From assembly GCF_034643695.2 (NCBI RefSeq), contig NZ_CP141089.1: DNA of 32,000 nucleotides, one strand, 5' to 3'. A program made the position numbers and the translations under genes. How positions within the stretch are numbered: the first letter of the stretch is position 1; every line of letters begins with the position of its first letter. Of this stretch, positions 20,229 through 31,587 are shown one piece after another. The notes under the pieces are model-generated. The model worked only from the letters and a program-made list of their open reading frames with translations, was not told where the DNA came from and ran no database searches.

Positions 20229-21125
20229 ATGGCAGCAATCGCGTTTATCGGTTTAGGACAAATGGGTTCGCCAATGGCGAGCAATTTATTGCAGCAAGGG
20301 CATCAACTTCGCGTCTTTGATGTGAACGCCGAAGCTGTGCGGCATCTGGTAGACAAAGGTGCGACTCCCGCCGCCAACCCGGCGCAGGCCGCTAAAGATG
20401 CCGAATTTATCATTACCATGTTGCCGAATGGCGATCTGGTGCGCAGCGTGTTGTTCGGTGAAAACGGCGTTTGCGAAAGCTTATCTACCGATGCGCTGGT
20501 CATCGATATGTCGACCATCCACCCGCTGCAAACCGATAAATTGATTGCCGATATGCAAGCCAAAGGCTTCAGCATGATGGATGTTCCGGTAGGCCGTACT
20601 TCTGCAAATGCCATTACCGGTACTCTGTTACTGCTGGCTGGCGGCACCGCTGAACAAGTTGAACGCGCCACACCGATCCTGATGGCGATGGGCAGTGAGT
20701 TGATCAACGCGGGCGGTCCGGGCATGGGGATCCGCGTTAAGCTCATCAACAACTACATGAGCATCGCGCTCAATGCGCTTTCGGCAGAAGCCGCTGTTTT
20801 GTGCGAAGCCCTGAATCTTCCCTTCGATGTTGCCGTCAAGGTGATGAGCGGCACCGCCGCCGGTAAAGGCCACTTCACCACTTCCTGGCCAAACAAAGTC
20901 CTCAGCGGGGATCTTTCTCCCGCCTTCATGATCGATCTTGCCCATAAGGATCTTGGTATCGCCCTTGATGTCGCCAACCAGCTGCATGTGCCAATGCCGC
21001 TGGGGGCCGCCTCACGGGAGGTTTATAGCCAGGCGCGCGCAGCGGGTCGCGGTCGCCAGGACTGGTCCGCCATTCTGGAACAGGTCCGTGTCAGTGCCGG
21101 GATGACTGCCAAAGTAAAAATGTAA
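20229..21125 (+). CDS. yihU: 3-sulfolactaldehyde reductase, 298 aa
   Basis: [27 protein letters not shown] beta-hydroxyacid dehydrogenase family. Confidence 0.95.
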   Translation: MAAIAFIGLGQMGSPMASNLLQQGHQLRVFDVNAEAVRHLVDKGATPAANPAQAAKDAEFIITMLPNGDLVRSVLFGENGVCESLSTDALVIDMSTIHPLQTDKLIADMQAKGFSMMDVPVGRTSANAITGTLLLLAGGTAEQVERATPILMAMGSELINAGGPGMGIRVKLINNYMSIALNALSAEAAVLCEALNLPFDVAVKVMSGTAAGKGHFTTSWPNKVLSGDLSPAFMIDLAHKDLGIALDVANQLHVPMPLGAASREVYSQARAAGRGRQDWSAILEQVRVSAGMTAKVKM

Positions 21126-21148
21126 CGACTGGATAAAGGAATAAATGA

Positions 21149-22027
21149 ATGAATAAGTACACCATCAACGACATTACGCGCGCATCGGGCGGTTTTGCCA
21201 TGCTGGCGGTCGATCAGCGCGAAGCCATGCGCATGATGTTTGCTGCGGCTGGCGCACCCGCTCCGGTAGCCGATAGCGTTTTAACTGATTTCAAAGTTAA
21301 CGCGGCGAAGACCCTCTCGCCTTATGCCTCGGCGATTCTGGTAGATCAACAATTCTGTTACCGCCAGGTGGTTGAGCAAAACGCGATTGCCAAAAGTTGC
21401 GCCATGATTGTCGCCGCCGATGAGTTCATTCCTGGCAACGGTATTCCGGTAGATAGCGTGGTCATTGACCGCAAAATCAATCCGCTACAAATCAAACAAG
21501 ACGGTGGCAAAGCCTTAAAACTGCTGGTGCTGTGGCGTAGTGATGAAGATGCGCAGCAACGTCTGGATATGGTGAAAGAGTTTAACGAACTGTGCCACTC
21601 ACACGGCCTGGTAAGCATTATTGAGCCAGTCGTCCGCCCACCACGTCGTGGCGATAAATTCGATCGCGAACAAGCGATCATCGATGCTGCCAAAGAGCTG
21701 GGCGACAGTGGCGCTGACCTCTACAAAGTTGAAATGCCGCTTTACGGTAAAGGTCCGCAACAAGAGCTTCTCAGTGCTTCACAACGTCTGAATGACCATA
21801 TCAATATGCCGTGGGTGATACTTTCTTCCGGTGTCGACGAAAAACTGTTCCCGCGTGCCGTACGCGTGGCAATGACAGCGGGTGCATCGGGCTTCCTGGC
21901 TGGTCGTGCCGTCTGGGCATCGGTTGTCGGTTTACCAGACAACGAGCTGATGCTGCGTGACGTTTGCGCACCGAAATTACAACAACTTGGCGATATCGTC
22001 GACGAAATGATGGCTAAACGCCGTTAA
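21149..22027 (+). CDS. yihT: 6-deoxy-6-sulfofructose-1-phosphate aldolase, 292 aa
   Basis: [31 protein letters not shown]; LacD-like aldolase. Confidence 0.95.
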   Translation: MNKYTINDITRASGGFAMLAVDQREAMRMMFAAAGAPAPVADSVLTDFKVNAAKTLSPYASAILVDQQFCYRQVVEQNAIAKSCAMIVAADEFIPGNGIPVDSVVIDRKINPLQIKQDGGKALKLLVLWRSDEDAQQRLDMVKEFNELCHSHGLVSIIEPVVRPPRRGDKFDREQAIIDAAKELGDSGADLYKVEMPLYGKGPQQELLSASQRLNDHINMPWVILSSGVDEKLFPRAVRVAMTAGASGFLAGRAVWASVVGLPDNELMLRDVCAPKLQQLGDIVDEMMAKRR

Positions 22028-22042
22028 GATGGGGATACAAAA

Positions 22043-23284
22043 ATGAAATGGTTTAACACCTTAAGTCACAACCGCTGGCTGGAACAGGAAACCGATCGCA
22101 TCTTTGATTTTGGTAAGAATGCCGTAGTGCCGACTGGCTTTGGCTGGCTGGGCAATAAAGGGCAAATCAAAGAAGAGATGGGCACGCATCTGTGGATCAC
22201 CGCCCGTATGCTGCACGTTTATTCCGTTGCTGCGGCGATGGGCCGCCCTGGCGCTTACTCGTTGGTTGATCACGGTATCAAAGCCATGAATGGCGCACTG
22301 CGCGATAAAAAATATGGCGGCTGGTATGCCTGCGTGAATGACGAGGGCGTGGTGGATGCCTCCAAACAAGGCTATCAACACTTCTTTGCTCTGCTGGGTG
22401 CCGCCAGTGCCGTCACTACCGGTCACCCGGAAGCACGCAAGCTGCTCGATTACACCATTGAAATTATTGAAAAATATTTCTGGAGTGAAGAAGAGCAGAT
22501 GTGCCTGGAGTCGTGGGACGAAGCCTTCAGCAAAACCGAAGAGTACCGCGGCGGCAATGCCAACATGCACGCGGTGGAAGCCTTCCTGATTGTTTATGAC
22601 GTAACGCACGACAAAAAATGGCTGGATCGCGCGATTCGCGTGGCTTCCGTGATTATCCACGACGTCGCCAGAAATAATCATTATCGCGTTAACGAGCACT
22701 TCGATACCCAGTGGAATCCGCTGCCGGATTACAACAAAGATAACCCGGCGCACCGCTTCCGCGCATTCGGTGGCACGCCGGGCCACTGGATCGAATGGGG
22801 CCGTTTAATGCTGCACATCCACGCAGCCCTGGAAGCCCGTTGTGAACAGCCGCCTGCCTGGCTGCTAGAAGATGCCAAAGGTCTATTTAACGCCACCGTG
22901 CGCGATGCCTGGGCACCCGATGGCGCGGACGGGATTGTTTATACCGTTGACTGGGAAGGCAAACCGGTGGTTCGCGAACGTGTGCGTTGGCCTATCGTCG
23001 AAGCGATGGGTACGGCTTACGCGCTCTACACCGTCACCGGCGATCGCCAGTATGAAACCTGGTATCAGACATGGTGGGACTACTGCATTAAGTACCTGAT
23101 GGACTATGAAAATGGTTCCTGGTGGCAGGAGCTGGATGCGGACAATAAAGTCACCACGAAAGTCTGGGACGGCAAACAGGATATTTATCACCTGCTGCAT
23201 TGCCTGGTGATCCCGCGTATCCCGTTAGCCCCTGGTCTGGCACCGGCTGTTGCCGCAGGCCTGCTGGACATTAACGCGAAATAA
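22043..23284 (+). CDS. yihS: sulfoquinovose isomerase, 413 aa
   Basis: [37 protein letters not shown]; AGE-type (alpha/alpha)6 barrel family. Confidence 0.95.
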   Translation: MKWFNTLSHNRWLEQETDRIFDFGKNAVVPTGFGWLGNKGQIKEEMGTHLWITARMLHVYSVAAAMGRPGAYSLVDHGIKAMNGALRDKKYGGWYACVNDEGVVDASKQGYQHFFALLGAASAVTTGHPEARKLLDYTIEIIEKYFWSEEEQMCLESWDEAFSKTEEYRGGNANMHAVEAFLIVYDVTHDKKWLDRAIRVASVIIHDVARNNHYRVNEHFDTQWNPLPDYNKDNPAHRFRAFGGTPGHWIEWGRLMLHIHAALEARCEQPPAWLLEDAKGLFNATVRDAWAPDGADGIVYTVDWEGKPVVRERVRWPIVEAMGTAYALYTVTGDRQYETWYQTWWDYCIKYLMDYENGSWWQELDADNKVTTKVWDGKQDIYHLLHCLVIPRIPLAPGLAPAVAAGLLDINAK

Positions 23285-23293
23285 CTGAGCTGA

Positions 23294-23334
23294 AATAACG
23301 GCATATCAGGCTACATGCCGGGTATGTCGTTATT
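23294..23334. terminator. stem-loop between yihS and yihR
   Basis: aataacggcatatcagg...ccgggtatgtcgttatt imperfect inverted repeat after the yihS stop. Confidence 0.45.
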
Positions 23335-23342
23335 CAATAAAG

Positions 23343-24254
23343 GTGCCTCGTATGCAAATCACCAACATGCATTGCAGTGGACAAACCGTTTCACTTGCCG
23401 CGGGGGATTATCACGCGACTATCGTGACGGTTGGTGCTGGTCTGGCTGAATTAACCTTTCAGGGTTGTCATTTAGTCATCCCGCACAAACCCGAAGAGAT
23501 GCCGCTGGCGCATCTGGGTAAAGTGCTTATTCCGTGGCCGAACCGGATCGCCAACGGCTGTTACCGCTATCAGGGGCAGGACTATCAGTTACCCATTAAT
23601 GAACATAGTTCAAAAGCCGCTATTCACGGGCTGCTTGCCTGGCGTGACTGGCAAATTAGCGAATTAACCGCCACCAGCGTTACCCTGACAGCTTTTCTGC
23701 CGCCCAGTTACGGCTATCCGTTTATGCTGGCTTCGCAGGTTGTTTATTCGCTCAACGCTCGCACGGGCCTTTCCGTTGAGATCGCAAGCCAGAATATTGG
23801 TACTGTGACCGCACCTTATGGTGTGGGTATTCATCCTTATTTAACCTGCAACTTAACATCTGTTGATGACTATCTTTTCCAGCTTCCGGCAGAACAGGTT
23901 TATGCCGTCGATGAGCACGCAAATCCGACAACGCTTCACCACGTTGATGAGCTGAATTTAAATTTCACGCGGGCGACAAAAATAGCCGCGACAAAAATAG
24001 ACCATACCTTTAAAACCGCTAATGACCTGTGGGAAATGACCATTACCCATCCACAGCATTTGCTTTCGGTGAGCCTCTGTTGCGATCAACCCTGGGTGCA
24101 GGTTTATAGCGGTGAAAAATTACAGCGTCAGGGACTGGCAGTTGAACCTATGAGTTGCCCGCCTGATGCGTTTAATTCCGGCACCGATTTAATATTACTG
24201 CAACCCGGAAAAACACACCGCCTGTTTTTTAATATTTACGGACAGAGAAAATAA
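23343..24254 (+). CDS. yihR: putative sulfoquinovose mutarotase (aldose-1-epimerase family); start may be GTG or a downstream ATG
   Basis: QITNMHCSGQTVSLAAGDYHATIVTVGAGLAELTFQG; NEHSSKAAIHGLLAWRDW. Confidence 0.92.
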   Translation: MPRMQITNMHCSGQTVSLAAGDYHATIVTVGAGLAELTFQGCHLVIPHKPEEMPLAHLGKVLIPWPNRIANGCYRYQGQDYQLPINEHSSKAAIHGLLAWRDWQISELTATSVTLTAFLPPSYGYPFMLASQVVYSLNARTGLSVEIASQNIGTVTAPYGVGIHPYLTCNLTSVDDYLFQLPAEQVYAVDEHANPTTLHHVDELNLNFTRATKIAATKIDHTFKTANDLWEMTITHPQHLLSVSLCCDQPWVQVYSGEKLQRQGLAVEPMSCPPDAFNSGTDLILLQPGKTHRLFFNIYGQRK

Positions 24255-24458
24255 CTTGTATTGATTAGCAGTCAAAATCATTGAAGAACATTTCACTCGC
24301 TAAAGGCAACGTTATGTATCATCAATTTATTAAGTTAAAAACAGCTCAGCTTCTTTAAAGTTTATATATATCAGTTTTATGAGAATCATTTTACATAAGC
24401 CTGTAATAACAATAACAGGAAGGAAACAACCTCGTTCTCAACTCTATGGAGATTATTT

Positions 24459-26495
24459 ATGGATACGCCACGCCCACAGTTATTAGATTTTCAATTTCAT
24501 CAGAATAACGACAGTCTTACCCTACGTTTTCAGGGCCGTCTTATTTTAACCCATAGTAAAGATAATCCTTGTTTATGGATTGGCTCAGGTATAGCGGATA
24601 TCGATATGTTCCGCGGTAATTTCAGCATTAAAGATAAATTGCAGGAGAAGATTGCGCTCACCGACGCTACCGTCAGCCAGTCACCGGATGGTTGGTTAAT
24701 CCATTTCAGCCGTGGTTCTGACATTAGCGCCACGCTGAATATCTCTGCCGACGATCAGGGCCGTTTATTGCTGGAACTACAAAACGACAACCTTAACCAC
24801 AACCGCATCTGGCTGCGCCTTGCCGCTCAACCAGAGGACCATATCTACGGCTGCGGCGAACAGTTTTCCTACTTCGATCTGCGCGGCAAACCGTTCCCGC
24901 TATGGACCAGTGAACAAGGCGTTGGTCGCAACAAGCAAACCTATGTCACCTGGCAGGCCGACTGCAAAGAGAACGCGGGCGGCGACTATTACTGGACTTT
25001 CTTCCCACAGCCTACGTTTGTCAGCACGCAGAAGTATTACTGCCATGTTGATAACAGTTGCTACATGAACTTCGACTTTAGCGCCCCGGAATACCATGAA
25101 CTGGCGCTGTGGGAAGACAAAGCAACGCTGCGTTTTGAATGTGCTGATACATACATCTCCCTGCTGGAAAAATTAACTGCCCTGCTGGGACGCCAGCCAG
25201 AACTGCCCGACTGGATTTATGACGGGGTAACGCTCGGCATTCAGGGCGGGACGGAAGTGTGTCAGAAGAAACTGGACACCATGCGTAACGCGGGTGTGAA
25301 GGTTAACGGCATCTGGGCGCAGGACTGGTCCGGGATCCGTATGACCTCTTTTGGCAAACGCGTAATGTGGAACTGGAAGTGGAACAGCGAAAACTATCCG
25401 CAACTGGACTCACGTATTAAGCAGTGGAACAAAGAGGGCGTGCAGTTCCTGGCCTATATCAACCCGTATGTCGCCAGCGATAAAGATCTCTGCGAAGAGG
25501 CGGCAAAGCGCGGTTATCTGGCAAAAGATGCCTCTGGCGGCGACTATCTGGTGGAGTTTGGCGAGTTCTATGGCGGCGTTGTCGACCTCACCAATCCAGA
25601 AGCCTACGCCTGGTTCAAGGAAGTGATCAAAAAGAACATGATTGAACTTGGCTGCGGCGGCTGGATGGCTGACTTCGGCGAGTATCTGCCCACCGACACG
25701 TACCTGCATAACGGCGTCAGCGCGGAGATTATGCATAACGCCTGGCCAGCGCTGTGGGCGAAATGTAACTACGAAGCCCTTGAAGAAACGGGCAAGCTCG
25801 GCGAGATCCTTTTCTTTATGCGCGCCGGTTCTACCGGTAGCCAGAAATACTCCACCATGATGTGGGCGGGTGACCAGAACGTCGACTGGAGTCTGGACGA
25901 TGGCCTGGCGTCGGTTGTCCCGGCGGCGCTGTCGCTGGCAATGACCGGACATGGCCTGCATCACAGCGACATTGGCGGTTACACCACCCTGTTTGAGATG
26001 AAGCGCAGCAAAGAGCTGCTACTGCGCTGGTGTGATTTCAGCGCCTTCACGCCGATGATGCGCACCCACGAAGGCAACCGTCCGGGCGACAACTGGCAGT
26101 TTGACGGCGACGCGGAAACTATCGCCCATTTTGCCCGTATGACCACCGTCTTCACCACCCTGAAACCTTACCTGAAAGAGGCCGTCGCGCTGAATGCGAA
26201 GTCCGGTCTGCCGGTCATGCGCCCGCTGTTCCTGCATTACGAAGACGATGCGCACACTTACACCCTGAAATATCAGTACCTGTTAGGTCGCGACATTCTG
26301 GTCGCTCCGGTGCATGAAGAAGGCCGTAGCGACTGGACGCTCTATCTGCCGGAGGATAACTGGGTGCACGCCTGGACGGGTGAAGCGTTCCGGGGCGGGG
26401 AAGTGACCGTTAATGCGCCCATCGGCAAGCCGCCGGTCTTTTATCGCGCCGATAGCGAATGGGCGGCACTGTTCGCGTCGTTAAAAAGCATCTAA
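24459..26495 (+). CDS. yihQ: sulfoquinovosidase, GH31 family, 678 aa
   Basis: MDTPRPQLLDFQFHQNNDSLTLRFQGRL; GH31 motif GWMADFGEYLP and WAGDQNVDWS. Confidence 0.96.
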   Translation: MDTPRPQLLDFQFHQNNDSLTLRFQGRLILTHSKDNPCLWIGSGIADIDMFRGNFSIKDKLQEKIALTDATVSQSPDGWLIHFSRGSDISATLNISADDQGRLLLELQNDNLNHNRIWLRLAAQPEDHIYGCGEQFSYFDLRGKPFPLWTSEQGVGRNKQTYVTWQADCKENAGGDYYWTFFPQPTFVSTQKYYCHVDNSCYMNFDFSAPEYHELALWEDKATLRFECADTYISLLEKLTALLGRQPELPDWIYDGVTLGIQGGTEVCQKKLDTMRNAGVKVNGIWAQDWSGIRMTSFGKRVMWNWKWNSENYPQLDSRIKQWNKEGVQFLAYINPYVASDKDLCEEAAKRGYLAKDASGGDYLVEFGEFYGGVVDLTNPEAYAWFKEVIKKNMIELGCGGWMADFGEYLPTDTYLHNGVSAEIMHNAWPALWAKCNYEALEETGKLGEILFFMRAGSTGSQKYSTMMWAGDQNVDWSLDDGLASVVPAALSLAMTGHGLHHSDIGGYTTLFEMKRSKELLLRWCDFSAFTPMMRTHEGNRPGDNWQFDGDAETIAHFARMTTVFTTLKPYLKEAVALNAKSGLPVMRPLFLHYEDDAHTYTLKYQYLLGRDILVAPVHEEGRSDWTLYLPEDNWVHAWTGEAFRGGEVTVNAPIGKPPVFYRADSEWAALFASLKSI

Positions 26496-26540
26496 TCACA
26501 TTCGCCCGTGGGGAAACTCATGGGCAAAGGGAGAACATCG

Positions 26541-27926
26541 ATGAGTCACATCACAACGGAAGATCCAGCAACTTTACGCCTGCCCTTTAAAGAGAAACTC
26601 TCTTACGGTATTGGCGACCTGGCCTCTAACATCCTGCTGGATATTGGTACGCTTTATCTTTTGAAGTTTTATACCGACGTTCTGGGGCTACCTGGTACCT
26701 ATGGCGGCATTATCTTTTTGATCTCGAAATTCTTTACCGCCTTTACCGATATGGGAACCGGCATCATGTTGGATTCCCGACGCAAGATCGGTCCAAAAGG
26801 TAAGTTCCGTCCTTTTATTCTGTATGCGTCATTCCCGGTTACCTTACTGGCGATCGCCAACTTTATCGGTACGCCGTTCGATGTCACCGGTAAAACGGTG
26901 ATGGCCACTATCCTGTTTATGCTTTATGGACTGTTTTTCAGCATGATGAACTGTTCCTACGGCGCAATGGTGCCTGCCATCACCAAAAATCCCAACGAGC
27001 GCGCCTCACTGGCGGCATGGCGTCAGGGCGGCGCTACGCTGGGCCTGCTGCTGTGTACGGTGGGATTCGTGCCGGTTATGAATCTTATCGAAGGTAATCA
27101 GCAAATTGGCTATATCTTCGCTGCCACGCTGTTTTCACTGTTCGGCCTGCTGTTTATGTGGATCTGCTACTCGGGCGTGAAAGAGCGTTATGTCGAAACC
27201 CAACCTACCAATCCGGCGCAAAAGCCTGGCCTGTTGCAATCTTTCCGCGCAATTGCCGGTAACCGCCCGCTGTTCATTCTGTGTATTGCTAACCTCTGCA
27301 CCTTAGGGGCGTTTAACGTCAAGCTCGCCATTCAGGTTTATTACACCCAGTACGTGCTTAACGATCCCATCCTGTTGTCATATATGGGATTTTTCAGCAT
27401 GGGCTGTATTTTCATCGGCGTGTTCCTGATGCCTGGCGCAGTCAGACGTTTTGGTAAGAAGAAGGTCTATATCGGCGGCCTGCTGATTTGGGTGCTTGGC
27501 GATCTGCTCAACTATTTCTTTGGCGGCGGTTCGGTCAGCTTCGTGACGTTCTCCTGCCTGGCATTCTTCGGCTCAGCGTTTGTTAACAGCCTGAACTGGG
27601 CGCTGATTTCCGACACCGTGGAATATGGCGAATGGCGCACCGGCGTGCGTTCGGAAGGGACGGTCTACACCGGTTTCACCTTCTTTCGCAAAGTTTCTCA
27701 GGCGCTGGCTGGTTTCTTCCCAGGCTGGATGCTGACGCAAATCGGCTATGTGCCAAACGTCGCCCAGGCTGACCATACCATCGAAGGTTTACGCCAGCTG
27801 ATCTTCATCTACCCAAGCGCACTGGCGGTAGTCACCATTGTTGCGATGGGTTGTTTCTACAGTCTGAACGAGAAAATGTACGTCCGCATTGTTGAAGAAA
27901 TAGAAGCCCGTAAACGCACGGAATAA
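26541..27926 (+). CDS. yihP: GPH-family (MFS-like) sugar:cation symporter YihP, 461 aa
   Basis: MSHITTEDPATLRLPFKEKLSYGIGDLASNILLDIGTLYLLKFYTD. Confidence 0.93.
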   Translation: MSHITTEDPATLRLPFKEKLSYGIGDLASNILLDIGTLYLLKFYTDVLGLPGTYGGIIFLISKFFTAFTDMGTGIMLDSRRKIGPKGKFRPFILYASFPVTLLAIANFIGTPFDVTGKTVMATILFMLYGLFFSMMNCSYGAMVPAITKNPNERASLAAWRQGGATLGLLLCTVGFVPVMNLIEGNQQIGYIFAATLFSLFGLLFMWICYSGVKERYVETQPTNPAQKPGLLQSFRAIAGNRPLFILCIANLCTLGAFNVKLAIQVYYTQYVLNDPILLSYMGFFSMGCIFIGVFLMPGAVRRFGKKKVYIGGLLIWVLGDLLNYFFGGGSVSFVTFSCLAFFGSAFVNSLNWALISDTVEYGEWRTGVRSEGTVYTGFTFFRKVSQALAGFFPGWMLTQIGYVPNVAQADHTIEGLRQLIFIYPSALAVVTIVAMGCFYSLNEKMYVRIVEEIEARKRTE

Positions 27927-27966
27927 ATAATAAACAACGCCCTGCGGGGCGTTATAAGGAGTGATT

Positions 27967-29370
27967 ATGTCTGACCATAATCCACTGACATTAAAACTGA
28001 ATCTGCGGGAAAAAATCGCCTATGGCATGGGCGACGTCGGTTCGAATTTAATGCTTAGCATCGGCACTCTGTATCTCCTCAAATTTTATACCGATGAATT
28101 AGGGATGCCTGCTTACTATGGCGGGATTATCTTTCTGGTGGCGAAGTTTTTTACCGCGTTTACCGATATGCTCACCGGATTTTTACTCGATTCGCGGAAA
28201 AATATTGGGCCTAAAGGAAAGTTCAGGCCGTTTATTTTATACGCAGCGGTTCCGGCGGCGTTAATTGCAACGCTCCAGTTTATCGCCACCACTTTTAGTT
28301 TGCCGGTTAAAACGACGATTGCCACAGCACTGTTTATGATGTTTGGGCTTTCATACAGTCTGATGAACTGCTCGTATGGCGCGATGATCCCGGCCATTAC
28401 CAAAAACCCGAATGAGCGCGCGCAGCTCGCGGCTTACCGCCAGGGTGGTGCAACCATAGGGCTATTGATTTGTACCGTGGCGTTTATTCCGTTGCAGTCG
28501 CTTTTTTCTGACTCCACCGTCGGTTATGCCTGCGCGGCACTGATGTTCTCCATTGGTGGCTTTATTTTTATGATGCTGTGCTACAGAGGCGTCAAAGAGC
28601 ATTATGTGGACACAGCGCCAACCGGACATAAAGCCAGTATTCTCAAATCTTTTTGCGCGATATTTCGTAATCCGCCATTGCTGGTTTTGTGCATTGCTAA
28701 CCTGTGTACCCTGGCGGCATTTAATATCAAACTGGCGATTCAGGTCTATTACACCCAATATGTGCTGAATGATATTAATTTATTGTCGTGGATGGGATTT
28801 TTCAGTATGGGATGTATCCTCGTCGGCGTATTACTGGTGCCATTAACTGTAAAATGTTTTGGTAAAAAACAGGTTTATTTAGCTGGCATGGTGCTATGGG
28901 CGGTTGGTGATATCCTGAATTATTTCTGGGGAAGTAACTCTTTCACTTTTGTCATGTTCTCTTGTGTCGCCTTTTTTGGCACGGCCTTTGTGAACAGCCT
29001 GAACTGGGCGCTGGTACCAGATACCGTAGATTACGGTGAATGGAAAACCGGTATTCGTGCCGAAGGTTCTGTTTATACCGGTTATACCTTCTTTCGTAAA
29101 ATTTCTGCCGCACTTGCTGGCTTCTTGCCAGGCATTATGCTGACGCAAATCGGTTATGTTCCCAACATCGCGCAAAGTGATGCGACATTACAGGGTTTGC
29201 GTCAGCTCATTTTTATCTGGCCTTGTGCGCTGGCAATTATTGCTGCATTAACGATGGGATTCTTTTACACACTCAATGAAAAACGGTTTGCATTGATTAT
29301 TGAGGAAATCAACCAACGCAAAAATAAAGAGATGGCGACAGAAGAAAAAACGGCTTCCGTAACGTTATAA
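27967..29370 (+). CDS. yihO: putative sulfoquinovose importer YihO, GPH family, 467 aa
   Basis: MSDHNPLTLKLNLREKIAYGMGDVGSNLMLSIGTLYLLKFYTD; close paralog of yihP. Confidence 0.93.
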   Translation: MSDHNPLTLKLNLREKIAYGMGDVGSNLMLSIGTLYLLKFYTDELGMPAYYGGIIFLVAKFFTAFTDMLTGFLLDSRKNIGPKGKFRPFILYAAVPAALIATLQFIATTFSLPVKTTIATALFMMFGLSYSLMNCSYGAMIPAITKNPNERAQLAAYRQGGATIGLLICTVAFIPLQSLFSDSTVGYACAALMFSIGGFIFMMLCYRGVKEHYVDTAPTGHKASILKSFCAIFRNPPLLVLCIANLCTLAAFNIKLAIQVYYTQYVLNDINLLSWMGFFSMGCILVGVLLVPLTVKCFGKKQVYLAGMVLWAVGDILNYFWGSNSFTFVMFSCVAFFGTAFVNSLNWALVPDTVDYGEWKTGIRAEGSVYTGYTFFRKISAALAGFLPGIMLTQIGYVPNIAQSDATLQGLRQLIFIWPCALAIIAALTMGFFYTLNEKRFALIIEEINQRKNKEMATEEKTASVTL

Positions 29371-29436
29371 ATGTCAATAGCCGCTATTTCCATCCTGGTG
29401 GGTGGCGGCCTCCCTACGTTTAAAAATGGACTTATT

Positions 29437-30129
29437 ATGAAAAAGATTAATGCAATAATTCTATTATCCTCTCTGACCTCTGCCTCGGTATTTGCTGGCG
29501 CATACGTCGAAAACAGGGAGGCATATAATCTCGCCTCCGATCAGGGCGAAGTTATGCTACGCGTGGGTTATAACTTCGATATGGGCGCGGGTATTATGTT
29601 AACCAATACCTACACCTTTCAGCGAGAAGATGAACTCAAACATGGCTATAATGAAATTGAAGGTTGGTATCCTTTATTTAAACCAACCGATAAATTAACC
29701 ATCCAGCCCGGTGGCTTAATTAATGACAAGAGTATCGGTTCGGGTGGTGCCGTTTATCTGGATGTTAACTACAAATTTACTCCGTGGTTTAACCTGACGG
29801 TGCGTAATCGCTATAACCATAATAATTACAGCTCTACAGATTTGAACGGCGAATTGGATAATAACGACACCTATGAAGTTGGCACCTACTGGAATTTTAA
29901 AATCACCGAGAAATTCTCCTATACATTTGAACCACATTACTTCATGCGAGTAAATGACTTTAATAGCAGCAATGGAAAAGATCATCACTGGGAAATCACT
30001 AACACCTTCCGTTATCGCATTAATGAACACTGGCTCCCTTATTTCGAATTACGCTGGTTAGATCGTAATGTCGAACCGTACCACCGCGAGCAAAACCAGA
30101 TTCGTATCGGGACGAAGTATTTCTTCTGA
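29437..30129 (+). CDS. ompL: outer membrane porin OmpL (KdgM-type), 230 aa
   Basis: MKKINAIILLSSLTSASVFAGAYVENREAYN signal peptide; terminal KYFF. Confidence 0.94.
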   Translation: MKKINAIILLSSLTSASVFAGAYVENREAYNLASDQGEVMLRVGYNFDMGAGIMLTNTYTFQREDELKHGYNEIEGWYPLFKPTDKLTIQPGGLINDKSIGSGGAVYLDVNYKFTPWFNLTVRNRYNHNNYSSTDLNGELDNNDTYEVGTYWNFKITEKFSYTFEPHYFMRVNDFNSSNGKDHHWEITNTFRYRINEHWLPYFELRWLDRNVEPYHREQNQIRIGTKYFF

Positions 30130-30136
30130 TGTAAAA

Positions 30137-30216
30137 CTGCCGGATGCGGCGAAAACGCCTTATCCGGCCTACGGTTGATACGGTTTCCGTTGGCCGGATT
30201 AAGCCACATCCGGCCA
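30137..30216. repeat. BIME-like pair of REP elements between convergent ompL and yihN
   Basis: tgccggatgcggcgaaaacgccttatccggcctacg followed by ttggccggattaagccacatccggcca. Confidence 0.85.
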
Positions 30217-30220
30217 TTAA

Positions 30221-31486
30221 TCAAGCTTCAGCCGCCAGCATCTCTTTCTTACGTTGGCTAATACGCTTAACCAGCATTACGGAAACCACCGCACCACAGA
30301 ATGCGAAGCAGGCCATAATGCCAAACACAATTTTGTAGCCAATAATCCCCGGATTTAAATCCAGAATGTAGCCATACAGACTGAAGCAGAACATCGCCGG
30401 GGCGTAACCAATAAAGCTACCCAACGCCATCGCCGCGCCTGTTTTATTTTCAGCAATTTTTGCTTCGCCGATAGGTGCAAAAAATACGGCTCGCTGTGTA
30501 AAGACTATCGCGCCAAAGCCCAGCGTACATGCCATCCCTAAATATACCGGCATACTTTCGTGCGGCAGCATAATCAACAGTACGAGCGCAGCGGTACTGA
30601 TGATAAAGGTGTAGCATAGATATTTACTCGGCGATTTCAGGATCTTATCTGAAATCATGCCACCAATCGGTCCACCAATCATTTTCAGACAGTATTGGTT
30701 AATGATGCCGTAAGCCCCCACCAGCGCAACGGGCAATAGATAGATGTTTTTCAGGAATGGAATGAAGAATGTCAGGCCACAGTAAACCGCGTAAACGAAG
30801 AAGACGTTGAAAGCGATAAGCCAGATAGTTTTGTCTTTCAGCACCGAGGTCATACTGGTGTTTTTCGATGCTCCGTCTTCTTTTTTCACCTCAACGGACG
30901 GTGCCTCTTCTTTGTCATTCAGAACAAAGAAAATGATAATGCCTACGGCAATCACAATAAGGGAATAGAACCAGATGCCTGCTTTAAAACCCAATAAGCC
31001 ACTGCCAAACCAGGTAAATACTGCCAACGCAGAAAATGCCACCACGGTATCGACAATGCCACGCCCTGTTTCGAAGAAGCCAAACAACCGACCTTGTTGT
31101 TCGCTATTGCCCAATCGACTTACCGACTTGAGCAAGACCGGCCAGTTCATCATGTCGCAAGTAACGCCAAATAGCGCCCAGACAAAGAGGATGCCCCAAT
31201 ATCCCGGCATTGTCGTCAAATAAACACCCAGTAATCCTGTCGCAATGAGTGAGAATGACATGGTGTATCTGCGCGGTAGTTTATCGGCAAAATAAATAGA
31301 CAGAAAAAAGCCCACTGTCGTGACAAATGAGTTTACCGACATAGCATTACCAATTTGACCATTGGTCAAATGGAAATATTCCTGCATCGGGATATAAAAC
31401 GCATCTTTCAGCGACGGTAATTTATAAATTGTACCGCCACACAATGTTAATAGACTAAATAACGCCCATTTCTTTTTCGTGAGCAT
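30221..31486 (-). CDS. yihN: MFS transporter YihN, 421 aa
   Basis: MLTKKKWALFSLLTLCGGTIYKLPSLKDAFYIPMQEYFHLTNGQIGNAMSVN. Confidence 0.94.
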   Translation of the reverse strand: MLTKKKWALFSLLTLCGGTIYKLPSLKDAFYIPMQEYFHLTNGQIGNAMSVNSFVTTVGFFLSIYFADKLPRRYTMSFSLIATGLLGVYLTTMPGYWGILFVWALFGVTCDMMNWPVLLKSVSRLGNSEQQGRLFGFFETGRGIVDTVVAFSALAVFTWFGSGLLGFKAGIWFYSLIVIAVGIIIFFVLNDKEEAPSVEVKKEDGASKNTSMTSVLKDKTIWLIAFNVFFVYAVYCGLTFFIPFLKNIYLLPVALVGAYGIINQYCLKMIGGPIGGMISDKILKSPSKYLCYTFIISTAALVLLIMLPHESMPVYLGMACTLGFGAIVFTQRAVFFAPIGEAKIAENKTGAAMALGSFIGYAPAMFCFSLYGYILDLNPGIIGYKIVFGIMACFAFCGAVVSVMLVKRISQRKKEMLAAEA

Positions 31487-31587
31487 AACATCCCCTAAGC
31501 GATTTTTAAAATCACTGTTTTAAAGGCAATAAGATACCGACCATTCATATCGAATGGTTTTATTAACTGCGTATGAGTTAAAACTTA

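Noticed and set aside
25410-25964. 184-aa antisense ORF inside yihQ
   Set aside because: Shadow ORF over GH31 catalytic region
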